DNA of 64,000 nucleotides from an uncultured Acidobacteriota bacterium (lineage in GTDB: Bacteria; Acidobacteriota; Vicinamibacteria; Vicinamibacterales; SCN-69-37). Under the pieces are notes generated by a model. The model saw nothing but the letters and a program-made list of their open reading frames with translations. It did not search any database and had not been told where the DNA came from. The position numbers and the translations under genes were made by a program. Each line of letters starts with the position of its first letter. The first letter of the stretch is position 1. Shown here in pieces: positions 37,651 through 50,040 of the stretch. The stretch spans positions 214,878 to 278,877 of the forward strand of contig CAWBZK010000003.1 of NCBI GenBank assembly GCA_963793255.1. Direction: 5' to 3'.

Positions 37651-38643
37651 GGGAGCCGCTTGAAAGTCCATCACCACCCTGAGTCCTCCTAGCGGCGACT
37701 CTCCAAGAGACGTGCGCCCACCGTACGCCTGGACGAGGTCCTGGGCAATCGACAACCCGAGGCCGCTGCCTGGTGCTGCCTCGTCGGCTCGAATTCCTCG
37801 CGCCGGCACGCGGTCTCGCACCTCCGCCGGAATGCCGGGCCCGTCGTCGTCGATGACGACGATGACGCGGCCGGCCTCGACGCGGGCGTCGACACGACAT
37901 GACGAGCGTGCCCATTTGCACGCGTTCTCGAGGATGTTGCCGAGAATCTCGTCGAGATCCTCCCTCGAGGCCATCACCTCGATGCCCTCGGACACGCGGA
38001 CGTCGAAGGCAATCCCGCGCTCGCTGTACAGCCGCTCCAGCGTGCGGACCACGCCCTCGATCGATTCCAGTAACGGCACCGGCGCGACGACGCGATGGCG
38101 CGACACGTCGATGCGCGCGCGTGTCAGATGAGCGTCCACCTGCCGACGCATGCGATCCACCTGCGCCACGATGCTCGCCGCGAGTTGCGCGTGTCCGTCG
38201 CGCGCGGCGCGCTCCCCATCCAGCGCGAGAATGGCCAGCGGCGTCTTGAGGCCGTGCGCCAGATCACCCGCCGCCAGGTTCGCGCGTGCGACCATCGCGT
38301 CACGCTGATCGAGGAGGCGGTTCACGTCCGCCGCCAGTGGCGCGATCTCGGCGGGATAGCGCCCGGCCAAACGTCCCTCCGGCCTCTCATGGATGTCGGC
38401 GAGATGGCCGCGAACCTGGTCGATCGATCGCCAGCCGCGCTGCACCTGCGATACGCCAACCACCATGCAGGCCAGGCATACGATCCCGAACAGGTGTGCG
38501 TGGCTCAGGAGCGCGAAGAACATCGACGGCGGCTCCTGATGGCCGAGCGTGATGTGCCACAGAATGATCGACCCGCCGAACAACCCAACCATCAGGAAGA
38601 CAGCGCCGATCATCAGGTGCGCGCGAAGCGACAGCGGCCGCAT
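37642..38643 (-). CDS. sensor histidine kinase (2 TM, HisKA, HATPase_c)
   Basis: H-box AHGLKTPLAIL, N-box NILENACKW, DDDGPGIP, GSGLGLSIA. No response regulator is adjacent. Confidence 0.8.
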   Translation of the reverse strand: MRPLSLRAHLMIGAVFLMVGLFGGSIILWHITLGHQEPPSMFFALLSHAHLFGIVCLACMVVGVSQVQRGWRSIDQVRGHLADIHERPEGRLAGRYPAEIAPLAADVNRLLDQRDAMVARANLAAGDLAHGLKTPLAILALDGERAARDGHAQLAASIVAQVDRMRRQVDAHLTRARIDVSRHRVVAPVPLLESIEGVVRTLERLYSERGIAFDVRVSEGIEVMASREDLDEILGNILENACKWARSSCRVDARVEAGRVIVVIDDDGPGIPAEVRDRVPARGIRADEAAPGSGLGLSIAQDLVQAYGGRTSLGESPLGGLRVVMDFQAAPSK

Positions 38644-38682
38644 CAGTCGTGAGTCCGCCTCAATGCTACAGAACTCGCGGGG

Positions 38683-39441
38683 TTACGGCTTGACCAGCAG
38701 AAAGTAGGTCGTCACGGGACGCGTGCCCTCTTCGCGGACCTCGAATCCCGATTTCGTGGCGGCGTCGCGCCACCAGTCCGCGCCGTAGGTGCCGCCGTGG
38801 GAAAGCAGTGGACCGAAAGCCAGCTTGGCCCACCCGTCGTTGGCCACCAGCATGAGGAGGAAATCGCCGCGCGGTTTGAGTACGCGATGCGCCTCCGCCA
38901 ACGCCGTTCGTGCGCCGGCGCGGCCGAGGTGGTCCATGGCGTACGCGCTCACGAGGGCGTCGAAGCTGTCGTCTCCAAACGGCAGCTTCAGCATGTCGGC
39001 CGTCTCAATCGTGGCCCGTCCGTCCACGCCGGCCGCCCTCAAATTGGCGAGCAGTCGATCCTGCGGCCGCTCGCCAGGGCCGAAATGATGCGTGAAGGAA
39101 TCGCCGAAGAGGTCGGACGCGACGAGCGTGGCCTGGGGCCGTTCCGTGAGCACCATGATCGACGACCGGCCTGTCCCGGCGCCCAGATCGAGCACACGAC
39201 CGCTACCCGAGCTCAGGAATGCTTGGGTCGGGAGCGGCGGGACGGTGTTGATGCCGAACAGGTGCACGAGCAGCGCCACGCTGCCGGCCCAGAGAGACAA
39301 CACGCCCAGCGGAATCGTCACCCATCGTGAGGCGCCGGCTGCACGCGCCGCGAGCACCGCCGCCAGCAACACCCCGAACAGGGCGAGATGTCCGTAGTTC
39401 AGCCACCAGGGATAGCCAAAATCGATTGCGGTCTGTGACAC
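38683..39441 (-). CDS. membrane-anchored class I SAM-dependent methyltransferase
   Basis: Two N-terminal TMs, motif I VLDLGAGTGR, post-I ASDL, FDALVS. Confidence 0.75.
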   Translation of the reverse strand: MSQTAIDFGYPWWLNYGHLALFGVLLAAVLAARAAGASRWVTIPLGVLSLWAGSVALLVHLFGINTVPPLPTQAFLSSGSGRVLDLGAGTGRSSIMVLTERPQATLVASDLFGDSFTHHFGPGERPQDRLLANLRAAGVDGRATIETADMLKLPFGDDSFDALVSAYAMDHLGRAGARTALAEAHRVLKPRGDFLLMLVANDGWAKLAFGPLLSHGGTYGADWWRDAATKSGFEVREEGTRPVTTYFLLVKP

Positions 39442-39496
39442 GCCGCCATTCTGAGCGGTCGAGAGCTGAATGGGGGCTGAACGGACGCGAGGCAGC

Positions 39497-42285
<2,789 letters not shown>

Positions 42286-42339
42286 GTCGGCGGGATTAAC
42301 TCTGTCCCTCCGAAGTTCTGGATAACTGGCGCCCGAGCG

Positions 42340-43380
42340 TTACTTCTTCCCGTCGGGATTCCAGTTCATCAGCAGCGTGATCGGCGCGGTGTCGTTCTCC
42401 AGCTCCCTGTTGATCAGGAAGCGCCCGTCGGGCGCGACGTTGTACTGCCGCCCCTGCTGCACGTCCTCGCCGCCGCCGAGAATGCGCGCGGGAAAGAGCT
42501 CCACGGTACGCCAGGCTCGACCGTGGCGCCCGTGACAGCGATTGGCGCTGCCATCATGGCGCCCGCCTGGTTGAGGTGGAAGATTAAGATGCCGGCCTGG
42601 GAGTTCAGCCGGTTCCGCGCGATCGCCGAACGCGGCACGTCGAAGCTCGCGACGCCCCTGCCGGCAGGCAAGACCGCTGGCCAGCAGAAAATCGAAGACC
42701 TCGACACGTGCGTGCGGGGCCGTGGGAAAATAGTGACGGTACGGGCTCTTGTGGCGGACACACGCATCAGGGGACTGTTTCCACTGGTGGTAACAGGATG
42801 ATGCTGTCGGCACTCCACGTCTCGCTGAACGTGTTGAACGTCGGAGCCAGAGTTTGCGGAGAGCTTGTGGAGGTCGAGTTGCATGAGCGCGTTTTTGGTA
42901 AAAAAAATGACTGAGTGGTTGTCAGGTGACTAGAAGGGATTCATGGTGTTGTCGGTGCTTGTTAATGGTTGCTCACTCGTGGTGGTTATTGACCGCAGCC
43001 ACAAGCGCGACACGCGATCACTCACGATCACGAAGACAATCTGGTGAGCGTCTGGTGACAGCGCAAACGACGTGGGCTGGTTGGTGGCGGGCGTGACGTT
43101 CACGAATGTATCTCGAACTCGGGCACTTCGTTGAGAAGCCGCACGGCGTGTATCGCCAACGCGCCGGCCAGGAGCCCTGCGGCGGTGCCAGGGTCCGCGC
43201 GAGCGCACGCGAGCACGCCGATCGCGACGCCGGGGCTGCTGAGGCAGGCATGACGACGCCGTTAGGCCAGCAGAATCGATCCAGACGATCTCGACACGTG
43301 CCTCGCCGATGTACACGCGGGAGCTGTCTCCGGCGCATGTGAAACCGAACAGCGCGGCGGCACTTTTCACCAGCAGCTGT
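42340..43380 (-). pseudogene. TolB-like beta-propeller fragment (paralog of the C-terminal half of the neighbouring kinase), several frame breaks, no kinase domain
   Basis: FALSPDAHQIVFV, NPF/WSPDNHSVIFF, YNVAPDGRFLINRELENDTAPITLLMNWNPDGKK. Confidence 0.5.
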
Positions 43381-43408
43381 GAACGTAGCAGCCGGCCTGG
43401 ATGACGAT

Positions 43409-44393
43409 CTACCCCTTGACGTGTCTGTCGAGAAAATCAATCACCGTCTGCCACGTCGGCACGGCCGGCGTCGGATTGACCACCGTCGTGCAGTCGGCCG
43501 ACGTCGATCGCATCGTCGCAGCCTCCCGCAACCCATCGTCGGTGAGGAATCCGTTCCAGTTGCCGTGCGGGGCCTTCGGCAAGCTGATGAAGATGGACGC
43601 CTTGCAGGCTTTGTTCAGCGCCATGTAGAACTGCTCGCCCTGATTGTGCGGCACGAGCTGGTCCGAACCGCCATGCAGGATCATGATTGGCGGATCGGCT
43701 GGGGTGATGTAGCGCAGCGGATTGGCGGCGCGCGTTTTCTCCGGGCACGACTGGATCGCGCAACCGATGAGCTGCGATTCCGGCGAGCTCGCCGCGTCGT
43801 GACAGAAGCTGCCGCTCGCGCACGGCCGGAGCATCCACGCATCCATCTCGAGAAAATCAGTGGGCGGATAGAACGCCACCGCCGCGCGCACAGTGCTCGG
43901 CACGCCGGTCGTGCCAATCATTCCCTCCAGATCGGGAACATCGCCGGTGACGGCCGCCATGGCCGACGTCCACCCGCCGGAGCTGTCGCCGATGATGGCC
44001 ACGCGGGCCGGATCGAGACGGTACATGCCGGCGTTCGCGCGCAACCAGCGGATCGCCGCCTTGATGTCGTGTAACTGCCCCGGGAACCTGATCTGCGAGC
44101 TCGAGCGAATTGAAACACCAGCGACCGCGTACCCGGCAGGGTTCAATCTAACGGCCACGCCGCCCGCGAGGTTCTTGCCGGTGTCAGCCCTCCACGCCGA
44201 GCCGCCGGTCCACACGACAACGGGGAACGGCCCCGCGCCCGAGGGGATGTAGAGATCGAGCTTGTGTCCGTTGCTCGTCGCCGGTTCGGGCGCGGGTGTA
44301 CTCGAGATTCGCGTGCGTCGGTGCCGGGCCCTGCAGTGCTGACGTTGCCGTCAGTGCCGTGCCCAACGCCAGTCCGACCATCAATCGGCCCAT
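43409..44393 (-). CDS. secreted alpha/beta hydrolase (esterase/lipase type); one frame break about 44288-44292
   Basis: Signal MGRLMVGLALGTALTATSALQ in ORF 44184..44393. The main frame continues PAPEPATSNGHKLDLYIPSGAGPFPVVVWTGGSAW; nucleophile elbow IIGDSSGG; ILHGGSDQLVP. Confidence 0.7.
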
Positions 44394-44429
44394 GCATCAC
44401 CTCGTCCGAGACAGGTTGATTATCGTTCT

Positions 44430-44457
44430 AACTTCCGACTTCTCACTTCCAACTTGG
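44430..44457. repeat. single-arm heptamer array TNACTTC x4 (complement of GAAGTNA)
   Basis: taacttc cgacttc tcacttc caacttg, in the divergent region between the hydrolase and dhaK. Confidence 0.5.
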
Positions 44458-44506
44458 CGAAGCTGGATTGCGCACCGGCCGGCGCGTGATGGTATCTTGG
44501 CCAGTC

Positions 44507-45508
44507 ATGAAGAAACTGATCAACGGCCCGTTGGACGTGATGCGGGAATCGCTGGAAGGGTTCGCCGCAGCCCACTCCGACATTCTCAAGGCCTCTTTCG
44601 ATCCGGTGTACGTGGTCCGGGCGGACGCCCCCGTCAAAGGCAAGGTCGGCATCATCTCTGGCGGAGGGAGCGGTCACGAACCGATGCACGGCGGATTCGT
44701 GGGCAAGGGCATGCTCGACGCCGCCTGTCCGGGCCAGGTCTTCACGTCCCCGAGTCCCGATCAGATGGAAGCCGCTACCGCCGCCGTCGATGGCGGCGCC
44801 GGCGTGCTTCACATCGTCAAGAACTACACCGGCGACGTCATGAATTTCGAAATGGCCGCCGAGCTCTGCCAGGCCAATGGCATCCAGGTGGAGTCCGTCG
44901 TCATCAATGACGACGTCGCGGTGAAAGACAGCCTGTATACGGCGGGCCGGCGCGGCGTCGGAACGACCGTGCTCGCGGAGAAGATCTGCGGCGCGGCGGC
45001 CGAGCGCGGCTACGATCTCGCCCGCGTGACCGCGCTGGGCAAGAAAGTGAACGACCACGGCCGTTCGATGGGCATGGCGTTGACCGCAGGCACCGTGCCC
45101 GCCGCCGGCAAACCGGGTTTCGAGCTGGGCGGCGGCGACATCGAAATGGGCGTCGGCATTCACGGCGAGCCAGGCCGCGAGCGCATGCCGCTCAAGCCGG
45201 TCAAGGACCTGGTCGCCTACATGGCGGAGGCCGTCCTCGGCGACCTGCCGTTTCGCGGCGGCGACCGCGTCATTGCCATGGTCAGCGGCATGGGTGGGAC
45301 GCCTCCGATCGAGCTTTACATCGTCTACCGGGAACTGGAGCTGATCCTGCGCGAACGGAAAATCACGGCCTCGCGCCGCCTGGTCGGCAACTACATCACC
45401 AGCCTCGACATGGCCGGCTGCGCGATCACCCTGTTGAAGGCCGACGACGAGCTGCTGTCGCTCTGGGACGACCCCGTGCTGACGCCGGCCCTGCGCTGGG
45501 GGATCTGA
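44507..45508 (+). CDS. dhaK: dihydroxyacetone kinase subunit DhaK
   Basis: [45 protein letters not shown]. Confidence 0.9.
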   Translation: MKKLINGPLDVMRESLEGFAAAHSDILKASFDPVYVVRADAPVKGKVGIISGGGSGHEPMHGGFVGKGMLDAACPGQVFTSPSPDQMEAATAAVDGGAGVLHIVKNYTGDVMNFEMAAELCQANGIQVESVVINDDVAVKDSLYTAGRRGVGTTVLAEKICGAAAERGYDLARVTALGKKVNDHGRSMGMALTAGTVPAAGKPGFELGGGDIEMGVGIHGEPGRERMPLKPVKDLVAYMAEAVLGDLPFRGGDRVIAMVSGMGGTPPIELYIVYRELELILRERKITASRRLVGNYITSLDMAGCAITLLKADDELLSLWDDPVLTPALRWGI

Positions 45509-45510
45509 GC

Positions 45511-46143
45511 ATGGCCGTGAACAAGCAGGACGTCCTGCGCTGGCTGGACGCGCTGCAGAAGCTCTTCCTCGAGAAACGGCAGGAGCTGACCGACCTGGAC
45601 TCCGCCGTCGGCGACGGCGATTTCGGCATCAGTCTGGAGCGCGGTTTCACGGCGGTGCAGAGTGAGTTGACCGCGAAGCCTCCCGCTGACCTCAAGGCCG
45701 TCTTTCAGAACACGGCGACGGTGCTCATCAAGTCCATGGGAGGCAGCTCCGGGCCGCTCCTGGGGACTTTTTTTTTGAGAGCCGGCGCGACCGTGGCGGA
45801 CAAGTCCGAGCTCGCGCCCGCCGACGTGGTGGCGCTGTTCCAGGCCGGCGTCGAAGGCATGCAACAGCGAGGTAAAGCCGCGCCCGGCGACAAGACGATG
45901 ATGGACGCGTGGTTTCCCGCCGTGGATGCCATGCGAGGTGCGCTCGAGGGTGGAGGCGGCCTGACCGAGGTCCTCGATCGGGGCACGGCGGCCGCCGAAG
46001 CGGGCGCGGAGGCAACCAAAGCCATGTCGGCACGCAAAGGCCGGGCGAGCTACATCGGAGAACGCAGCGTCGGGCACCCGGACCCCGGCGCCATCGCCGT
46101 TGCCATGATGCTGAAAGCTGCCGCCGACGCGTGGCGGTCGTGA
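45511..46143 (+). CDS. dhaL: dihydroxyacetone kinase subunit DhaL
   Basis: LDSAVGDGDFG, GGSSGPLLGTFF, PGDKTMMDA, KGRASYIGERSVGHPDPGA. Confidence 0.85.
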   Translation: MAVNKQDVLRWLDALQKLFLEKRQELTDLDSAVGDGDFGISLERGFTAVQSELTAKPPADLKAVFQNTATVLIKSMGGSSGPLLGTFFLRAGATVADKSELAPADVVALFQAGVEGMQQRGKAAPGDKTMMDAWFPAVDAMRGALEGGGGLTEVLDRGTAAAEAGAEATKAMSARKGRASYIGERSVGHPDPGAIAVAMMLKAAADAWRS

Positions 46144-46201
46144 TCGGTCTGGCCTTCGTCGCGCCCCGGTGTTAAATTCTGCACTGTTTCCGAGGTGTCC
46201 A

Positions 46202-47323
46202 ATGAAAAGACGTCCCCTTAGTTTGGTGGCGGCGGCGCTCGCGCTGTCTGGCACCGTGTTCGCCCAGGGCCAGGCCCCTGGTGCTGGTGCTGGCGCCCAG
46301 GCTCCGGTGACCGCCCCAGGCGGCGTCGTCCTGACGCCCGCCGCGGCGAGACTGCTGCCCAAGGCCATCGACGCGTCCGATATCAAGTACGAAGTCGTGA
46401 AGGACTTCATGAAGATGCCGCCCAACGTGTACATGGGCGAAGGCATCGGTGTCGCCAGCAACTCCAAGGGGCACATCTTCGTCAACACCTGCGCCCAGCA
46501 GACCCGCAATTTCGAGTTCGACCAGAACGGCAACTTCGTGCGGGAGATCGGGAAGGACTCCTACGGCAACGTGTTCTGTCACGGCATTCGCGTTGATGCC
46601 CAGGACAACATCTGGGTGATCGACGAGGGTGCCAACTCGATCATCAAGTACAACCCCGCGGGTCGCGCGGTGATGATCCTGGGTCGCCGGCTCGGGTTCC
46701 CCTACACCGGGATGGAGCCCCCCGTGAAGGAGATGAGTCCGGCGCCGCCGTATATTTTCAATCGCCCCACGGACGTCGCCTGGGACGCGGCCGGCAACAT
46801 CTTCGTCGCCGACGGCTACGTCAATTCACGCATCGTCAAGTACGACAAGGACGGCAAGTTCATCAAGCAGGTCGGCACGCGCGGATCCCAGGGCCCGCAG
46901 TTCAATCTGATCCACGCGATTGCCGTGGATGCCCAGGGCAATGTGTACGGTGGCAGCCGCAGCGACATGCGCATCGTGGTGTTCGACAACGATCTGAACT
47001 ACAAGACCACGTTCGACCACGTCGGCGCGCCGTGGTCGCTGTGCATCACCCCCGGCCCAGGGAAGCAGTATCTCTACACCTCCAATTCCAACCCTGACTC
47101 GCAGGACACCGAGCTGCACAAGGCCAGCGGCCAGATTTTCAAGATGGAGCTGGACGGCAAGGTTCTCGGCAAATTCGGCGTCCCCGGCAAAGAGCAGGGA
47201 CAGTTCAGCACGGTGCACGGCATCGATTGCCGCGTCGAGAATCAGCTGCTGATCACCGAGATCGTCGAATGGCGACTGCAGAAATTCATCCTGCACCCCA
47301 CTGCCGCCCAGGGGGGCAAGTAA
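46202..47323 (+). CDS. secreted NHL-repeat six-bladed propeller protein (peptidylglycine-lyase-like), paralog 1
   Basis: Signal peptide; repeated blocks PTDVAWDAAGNIFVADGYVNSRIVKYDKDGKFIKQVGTRGSQGPQFNLIHAIAVDAQGNVY. Confidence 0.7.
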   Translation: MKRRPLSLVAAALALSGTVFAQGQAPGAGAGAQAPVTAPGGVVLTPAAARLLPKAIDASDIKYEVVKDFMKMPPNVYMGEGIGVASNSKGHIFVNTCAQQTRNFEFDQNGNFVREIGKDSYGNVFCHGIRVDAQDNIWVIDEGANSIIKYNPAGRAVMILGRRLGFPYTGMEPPVKEMSPAPPYIFNRPTDVAWDAAGNIFVADGYVNSRIVKYDKDGKFIKQVGTRGSQGPQFNLIHAIAVDAQGNVYGGSRSDMRIVVFDNDLNYKTTFDHVGAPWSLCITPGPGKQYLYTSNSNPDSQDTELHKASGQIFKMELDGKVLGKFGVPGKEQGQFSTVHGIDCRVENQLLITEIVEWRLQKFILHPTAAQGGK

Positions 47324-48414
47324 TGAAATCCTCACGCATCGCATTCACACTGGTATTCGCCGGCGCGCTCGCGGCCGGATCGCTTCTGGGCGGCCCGGTC
47401 GTTGCTGAGCGGGCTCAGCCGGCCCAGCAGAAAGAAATCCCGTTCGAAACGGCCGGTGATTTTCTGAAGCTGCCGGACGACATCCATCTCGGTGAAGTGG
47501 CCGGCGCGGCCACCACTCAGAAGGGCAACCTGTTCGTGTACTACCAGGGCGGCGGGCCGAACGCCACGATTGGCGCATCGCGCGTGTACATCAACGGCGG
47601 CGCGCGCCTGCTGGAGTTCGATCGCACCGGAAAGTTCCTCCGCGAGATCGGCAACAGCGAAAACGATCGTCCGTACGCGTTCCTGTTCGCGCAGGGCGTC
47701 CGGGTCGATCCGCAGGACAACATCTGGATCGTGGACCGCGCCTCCAGAATGGTCGTCAAGTTCGACCAGACCGGCAAAGTCCTGCTGACGCTCGGCCGCA
47801 GGCTCGAGGCGGTTGGTGAGCTCGGCAGCAGCGGCGTGTTCGGCCGCGCGTCCGGCCCTCCGGGATCCGGTGTCCCCGGCGACAACTTCAACCAGCCCCT
47901 TGACGTGGCCTTTGACGCGGCCGGGAACATCTTCATCCCCGACGGCTACGGCAACGCCCGCGTCGCCAAGTTCGACAAGAACGGGAAGTTCGTGAAGTCC
48001 TGGGGCGCGACCGGTGCCGAGCAGGGCCAGTTCAACACGCCGCACTCCGTCGCCGTCGATGCCGCCGGCAACGTCTACGTCGCGGATATGGGCAACAAGC
48101 GCATCCAGGTGTTCGACAACAACGGCACGTTCAAGACTCAGTTCGCGAACGTGGGCGCGCCGCGCGCCCTCTGCATCTCGCCGGGCCCGCAGCAGTTCCT
48201 CTACAGCTCGAACTCGAACACGACCGAGGATCCGTTCCTCGGCGGCGAGATTTACAAGATGCAGCTCGACGGGACCGTGGTCGGCCGTTTCGGCAAGGCG
48301 GGCAAGCAGATGAAAGAGTTCGGCATGGTCAACCAGATCGACTGCCGCGAGCCCAACACGTTGTACGTCGCCGAGATGATGAACTGGCGCGTGCAGAAGC
48401 TCACGCTGAAGTAG
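47323..48414 (+). CDS. secreted NHL-repeat propeller protein, paralog 2
   Basis: ATG overlaps the upstream TAA (TAATG). PLDVAFDAAGNIFIPDGYGNARVAKFDKNGKFVKSWGATGAEQGQFNTPHSVAVDAAGNVYVADMGNKRIQVFD. Confidence 0.7.
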   Translation: MKSSRIAFTLVFAGALAAGSLLGGPVVAERAQPAQQKEIPFETAGDFLKLPDDIHLGEVAGAATTQKGNLFVYYQGGGPNATIGASRVYINGGARLLEFDRTGKFLREIGNSENDRPYAFLFAQGVRVDPQDNIWIVDRASRMVVKFDQTGKVLLTLGRRLEAVGELGSSGVFGRASGPPGSGVPGDNFNQPLDVAFDAAGNIFIPDGYGNARVAKFDKNGKFVKSWGATGAEQGQFNTPHSVAVDAAGNVYVADMGNKRIQVFDNNGTFKTQFANVGAPRALCISPGPQQFLYSSNSNTTEDPFLGGEIYKMQLDGTVVGRFGKAGKQMKEFGMVNQIDCREPNTLYVAEMMNWRVQKLTLK

Positions 48415-48450
48415 CGCGTCGACGCACGTCGGAACATCGAGATCGTCACC

Positions 48451-48481
48451 GAGGGCCTGGAGGCATCACCTCCAGGCCCTC
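48451..48481 (+). terminator. 13-bp GC-rich hairpin after the NHL genes (no U-tract)
   Basis: gagggcctggagg-catca-cctccaggccctc. Confidence 0.4.
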
Positions 48482-48492
48482 GCGTCTGTACG

Positions 48493-48712
48493 CCCAGTTT
48501 GCGATTGAACTGTCGTCCGGCCGCCTCTGCGGAGATGCCGCTCGAACGCGCTCGCTCCATCCGCGCAGCGTGCGACCTGGCGCAGTCGGGCCGCTTCGCA
48601 AGTGTGCGAAGACGGCCCTCGCACGCTCGCGCTCCTTCCGCGGCGCGTTCATGGACCGACGTCGCGGCACTCCGAAGTCGGCCGCCGGACGACACTTCAA
48701 CCGCAAACTGGG
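48493..48712. repeat. about 220-nt nested inverted repeat (long hairpin 1)
   Basis: Outer arms cccagtttgcgattgaactgtcgtccggccgcc...gcggag / ctccgaagtcggccgccggacgacacttcaaccgcaaactggg. Inner pairs gcagcgtgcga/ctcgcacgct and ccgcttcgca/tgcgaagacgg. Confidence 0.7.
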
Positions 48713-48734
48713 CGGCGATCAGACTGACTGACCG

Positions 48735-48972
48735 CCCAATCCCGGCGGGCGCTTGTGTTGGCGGCACGGCCGCCTCGGCGGGCCGCGATGGGCGACAGGT
48801 CGAAGCGGCGCCGCAGGGAGCGAAGCGGGTCGAGCGTCGCTCCGTGGCTGCGAAGCCAGAAGTGTAGGAGCGACGCGAATCGAGGGTATGACCCGCGAGC
48901 GGACGGAGGTGCCGCTTCGAGCGGCCTCGCCGCGAAGGCCGGGACGTCAATGCAAGCGCCCGCCGGGATTAG
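48735..48972. repeat. about 240-nt nested inverted repeat (long hairpin 2)
   Basis: Outer arms aatcccggcgggcgcttg / caagcgcccgccgggatt. Inner pairs tcgaagcggcgcc/ggtgccgcttcga, gcgtcgctcc/ggagcgacgc, cgggtc/gacccg. Confidence 0.7.
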
Positions 48973-48988
48973 TAGCCGGCTCCGCGGA

Positions 48989-49021
48989 GGCCGCCGGACG
49001 ACACTCCAATCGCAACCTGGG
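48989..49021. repeat. third, unpaired copy of the 33-nt GGCCGCCGGACGACA..CAA.CGCAA.CTGGG motif
   Basis: ggccgccggacgacactccaatcgcaacctggg; compare 48680-48712 (direct) and 48493-48525 (inverted). Confidence 0.7.
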
Positions 49022-49068
49022 CTCACGTCCGCGCGAGTCAAGAAACAAGAGGGCCCTATAATTCGCTG

Positions 49069-49887
49069 GTGCTGCGGCTGAACGTGATCCTCGGGCCTGC
49101 TCTCGCTGCCTTCATCGTCAGCGCGCCTGTCGTCTCGTCATCCCAAGCTCCCGCTGCGCTCGTGGCCGAGATCGCGCCGACGGGCAGGCTGCGTGCGGGC
49201 ATCAACTACAACAACCCGGTGCTGGCCCGACGCGATGCGGCGACCGGCGAAGTCAGCGGCATCGCCGCCGATCTGTCTCGAGAGCTCGGACGCCGCCTCG
49301 GCGTGCCCGTCGACGTCATTGCCTATGACGCGACGGGAAAGATGGCGACAGCCGCGACGACCGGCGCCTGGGACATCGCGTACCTCGGCATCGACCCGGC
49401 GCGGGCGAAGGAGATCGACTTCACGGCCGCGTACATCAATCTGGAAGGCACGTATCTGGTGCCGGCAGGCTCACCGCTTCAGACGGTCGACGATGTGGAC
49501 CGCGACGGCATTCGCGTGGCCGTCACCGCGAAGAGCGCCTACGATCTGTTCCTGAGCCGCGAGCTCAAACGGGCGAGCATTGTTCGAGCCGACAGCACGC
49601 CTGGTTCGATCAGGATGATGGTCGATCAGAAACTCGACGCCGTGGCCGGTGTGAGAACGGCTCTTGTCGCCGAATCACGCCGCACGCAGGGTTCACGGGT
49701 CATGAGCGGACACTTCATGACGATCCCACAGGCGGCCGGAATTCCTAAGGGCCGACCTGCGGCGGCGCGTTACGTGCGGCAGTTCATTGAGGAGATGAAA
49801 GCCTCGGGATTCGTCGCGACATCGCTCGCGCGGCACGGGCTAGGACCGGATGATGCCGTTGTGGCGCCGGCCGCCTCGGCGCAGTAG
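49069..49887 (+). CDS. periplasmic solute-binding protein (family 3, amino-acid type)
   Basis: Signal peptide; LRAGINYNNPVLA, GIAADLSRELGRRLGVPVDVIAYD, WDIAYLGIDPARAKEIDFTAAY. Confidence 0.7.
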   Translation: MLRLNVILGPALAAFIVSAPVVSSSQAPAALVAEIAPTGRLRAGINYNNPVLARRDAATGEVSGIAADLSRELGRRLGVPVDVIAYDATGKMATAATTGAWDIAYLGIDPARAKEIDFTAAYINLEGTYLVPAGSPLQTVDDVDRDGIRVAVTAKSAYDLFLSRELKRASIVRADSTPGSIRMMVDQKLDAVAGVRTALVAESRRTQGSRVMSGHFMTIPQAAGIPKGRPAAARYVRQFIEEMKASGFVATSLARHGLGPDDAVVAPAASAQ

Positions 49888-50040
49888 CATCCCGATCCGA
49901 GAAACGAGCACCTGGCAGGCAAGGGCACGAGTGGCGAGCGCTCATGCCTGCGTGCTATTCCCGATGATGGGGTCGATGACCCCCTGACCAACGGGGTCAT
50001 TGAACCCACCCCAAACCGGGATGAAACCAGACTGACTGAC

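Noticed and set aside
49888-50040. Small palindromes GGGGTCGATGACCCC / GGGGTCATTGAACCC between convergent genes as a novel element
   Set aside because: Short (6-bp stems) and single-copy in this window. Most simply they are a bidirectional terminator region, and there is not enough signal to claim more.
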